41,753 nucleotides of DNA from Candidatus Doudnabacteria bacterium (GTDB taxonomy: Bacteria > Patescibacteriota > Doudnabacteria > UBA920 > 2-01-FULL-46-14), in the NCBI GenBank assembly GCA_023246055.1, contig JAHFJD010000004.1, positions 1 through 41,753 on the forward strand, read 5' to 3'. This document shows, one piece after another, positions 40,088 through 41,753 of this stretch (position 1 is its first letter; each line of letters begins with the position of its first letter). The notes beneath the pieces were generated by a model, which saw only the letters and a list, made by a program, of their open reading frames with translations, made no database searches and had not been told where the DNA came from. Position numbers and translations under genes: made by a program.

Positions 40088-40112
40088 AAAAAACCGCCTT
40101 TGGGAGGCGGCT
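40088..40112 (-). terminator. intrinsic terminator-like hairpin inside the rRNA leader
   Basis: GCCGCCU-CCCAA-AGGCGGU followed by U5. Confidence 0.6.
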
Positions 40113-40220
40113 CTCACATTCACACGAAAATGCAAGTCAGTTCGGCAACCGCCTGGTTTTTATGAATAATGTTTGCTCGTTTCGCATATTTTGCCTGTTT
40201 ATGGAGTTTCTCACACCCCC

Positions 40221-40308
40221 AGTATACTTGTTTTTCTCGAGAAAGTCAAGTTTTTTGAGGTATTTTAGAACGTAAAATCATTTTATGCTTCCCAACCTCT
40301 CATGTCAA
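40221..40308 (-). promoter_or_regulatory. tandem sigma70 promoters of the 23S-5S locus
   Basis: TTGACA-17-TAAAAT (40308-40280) and TTGACT-17-TATACT (40249-40221). Confidence 0.75.
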
Positions 40309-40358
40309 GGCTGAAGCTGTCCCCACCTTTTCCACAAAGGAGCGAAGCAACATTGAAA

Positions 40359-40533
40359 CCCTCTCCCCGAATGGGAGAGGGGGGACCGGTACTCCGGTGG
40401 GTGAGGGATGGTGTAGCCAAGGCTACGCAGTGCACGGCAAGCATTTATTTTCCCTCCCCAGGCGTGGGGAGGGATTAAGGGAGAGGTCGTCGGTTTTTAT
40501 TCCCCTCCTCGTGAGGAGGGGTTGGGGGAGGTT
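40359..40533. repeat. three family A elements (40359-40407, 40452-40489, 40502-40533)
   Basis: C/G hairpins, each followed by a G-rich tail. Confidence 0.85.
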
Positions 40534-40618
40534 AAGAGAATCCTACTCTGACTTGAAATCTCAATCCCGCCATGCTACTCTAAAGAGCTTTCAAAGCAAT
40601 GAATTCAACGGGGGACAA

Positions 40619-40966
40619 ATGAACATGAGCGTATCCAGGAAACCACTGCATGAGCTTTTACTAGATGAAATAGAAAGTAAGTTGCGAGTCCTTAACGATC
40701 CGTTTGAAAACCGGATATTATTAGACTCTACCCAAAAAAAAATAGAACGGTTAAATTACGAAGTGGTATTCGCATTGCGGCTGCTCGACAGCGGCAGTAT
40801 GAAACCGGAACATATGAGAGAAGTGGTCGCGAGGCTTCAAGTAATGAATTTCCCAGAGGGATTCAGTGTTCAGTCATCGGTGACGAAATTGGAAACCGAC
40901 GCCGCCATACTCGAAGCCGAGCGGGCCAAACAGACTACTGGTACAGCCGAAGGTATCACCAGCTAG
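40619..40966 (+). CDS. hypothetical protein
   Basis: ATG after GGGGA; the upstream extension of the ORF runs through repeats. Confidence 0.55.
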   Translation: MNMSVSRKPLHELLLDEIESKLRVLNDPFENRILLDSTQKKIERLNYEVVFALRLLDSGSMKPEHMREVVARLQVMNFPEGFSVQSSVTKLETDAAILEAERAKQTTGTAEGITS

Positions 40967-41148
40967 CAATGCAACAGCAAAGTTCACGAGAGCACGAGGC
41001 TCATCCCTCCGCGCTCTCTTTTTTTTATCTTCTTTTTCTCAAAAGTCCCTTCGCCAATTTCCATCGCGGCCGCGATGGAAATTGGCACTCATGTTTATCC
41101 CGCACCTTTCCCCCGAAAACCCCTCGGCTTGCCGCGGGGATGAACTCG

Positions 41149-41753
41149 CTATCTCACCACCCGCCGCAAATGCTGCGGAATATGCACTACAATATCTAGA
41201 GCGATAGTATTGCAAAGTTTAGCCAAATTTTCCACTGAATTCTCGTCAAAGGCATTTGCACTCACCACGACAACTTCATCACCGGCCTTGGCCTCTGGCA
41301 CCTCGGTCAAATCTATGGTCGTGATGTTCATGCTCACACGGCCCAAAATCCTGCAAAACCTGTCTTTGTACTTGACCATACCGATGTTTGAAAGTCTGCG
41401 GTCCACGCCCTCAAAATATCCAAGCGGGAGAGTGCCAACCCTCATGTCTTTCTCTGCCTTGAACGTCATGCCATATCCGACCGAATCTCCGGATTTGATT
41501 TTTTTCACTCCTGTGATCCGCGCTCGCATCTCGAGTGTGGGCTCTGTCCCGACAATATTTCCCAAACCAAAAAGCCCCTTGCCTACTCGGACTGTATTGC
41601 TCTTGATGCTAGACAGGTGCCGCAGGCCAGTGGTGGCGGCAAGGTGAATGAATTTAAAAGGGAATTCGAGAGTCAGTTTTTCAACCAAAGGATTCCAGAC
41701 CTCAATTTGTTTCTTCGTATAATCATCATCCTCCCCATCTGCAAAATGCGAGC
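41149..41753 (-). CDS. alr: alanine racemase, 5' part outside the window
   Basis: VGYG, LGYFEG..R.LSN, GRVSMN motifs. Confidence 0.9.
   Translation of the reverse strand, partial: SHFADGEDDDYTKKQIEVWNPLVEKLTLEFPFKFIHLAATTGLRHLSSIKSNTVRVGKGLFGLGNIVGTEPTLEMRARITGVKKIKSGDSVGYGMTFKAEKDMRVGTLPLGYFEGVDRRLSNIGMVKYKDRFCRILGRVSMNITTIDLTEVPEAKAGDEVVVVSANAFDENSVENLAKLCNTIALDIVVHIPQHLRRVVR

Noticed and set aside
40397-40618. Long N-terminus of ORF 40397..40966
   Set aside because: It runs through family A repeats, which are open in several frames; ATG 40619 has a better SD

Overview
Bacterial chromosomal window in standard genetic code, with gene content typical of Patescibacteria/CPR (Parcubacteria-like; this taxonomy is inferred). 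Left part: a sensor kinase, P-type ATPase and MgtE-membrane cluster; a putative metal/redox operon; phhB; ppa-dnaG-rpoD; and a small low-GC accessory block next to tRNA-Ser(GGA). Middle: a PaaX/Cas2-like gene, an EndoQ-like PHP protein, yvcK, kbl, tdh, glmS, a four-helix-bundle gene, a TrmB-like regulator, suhB, gap and pgk. Right: an unlinked 23S-5S rRNA locus (no 16S) and a partial alr. Main observations: (1) The 23S gene is split by four group I introns (after E. coli-equivalent U1931, U2262, U2511, U2604). One encodes a LAGLIDADG endonuclease that overlaps the ribozyme core; another carries an 80-aa non-nuclease ORF. (2) Several families of short palindromic elements are scattered through the window. 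One C/G-rich family (about 18 loci) is inserted in-frame in tdh (twice), kbl, glmS, the EndoQ-like gene and the TrmB-like gene, sits in intron loops, and supplies SD-like sequences. A dRS3-like family occupies the same P8 position in three different introns. (3) The PaaX/Cas2-like gene is bracketed by two co-varying perfect palindromes, and two solo perfect palindromes occur elsewhere. (4) A leader-peptide/terminator arrangement lies upstream of the rRNA locus. All calls were made by eye; no searches were run.
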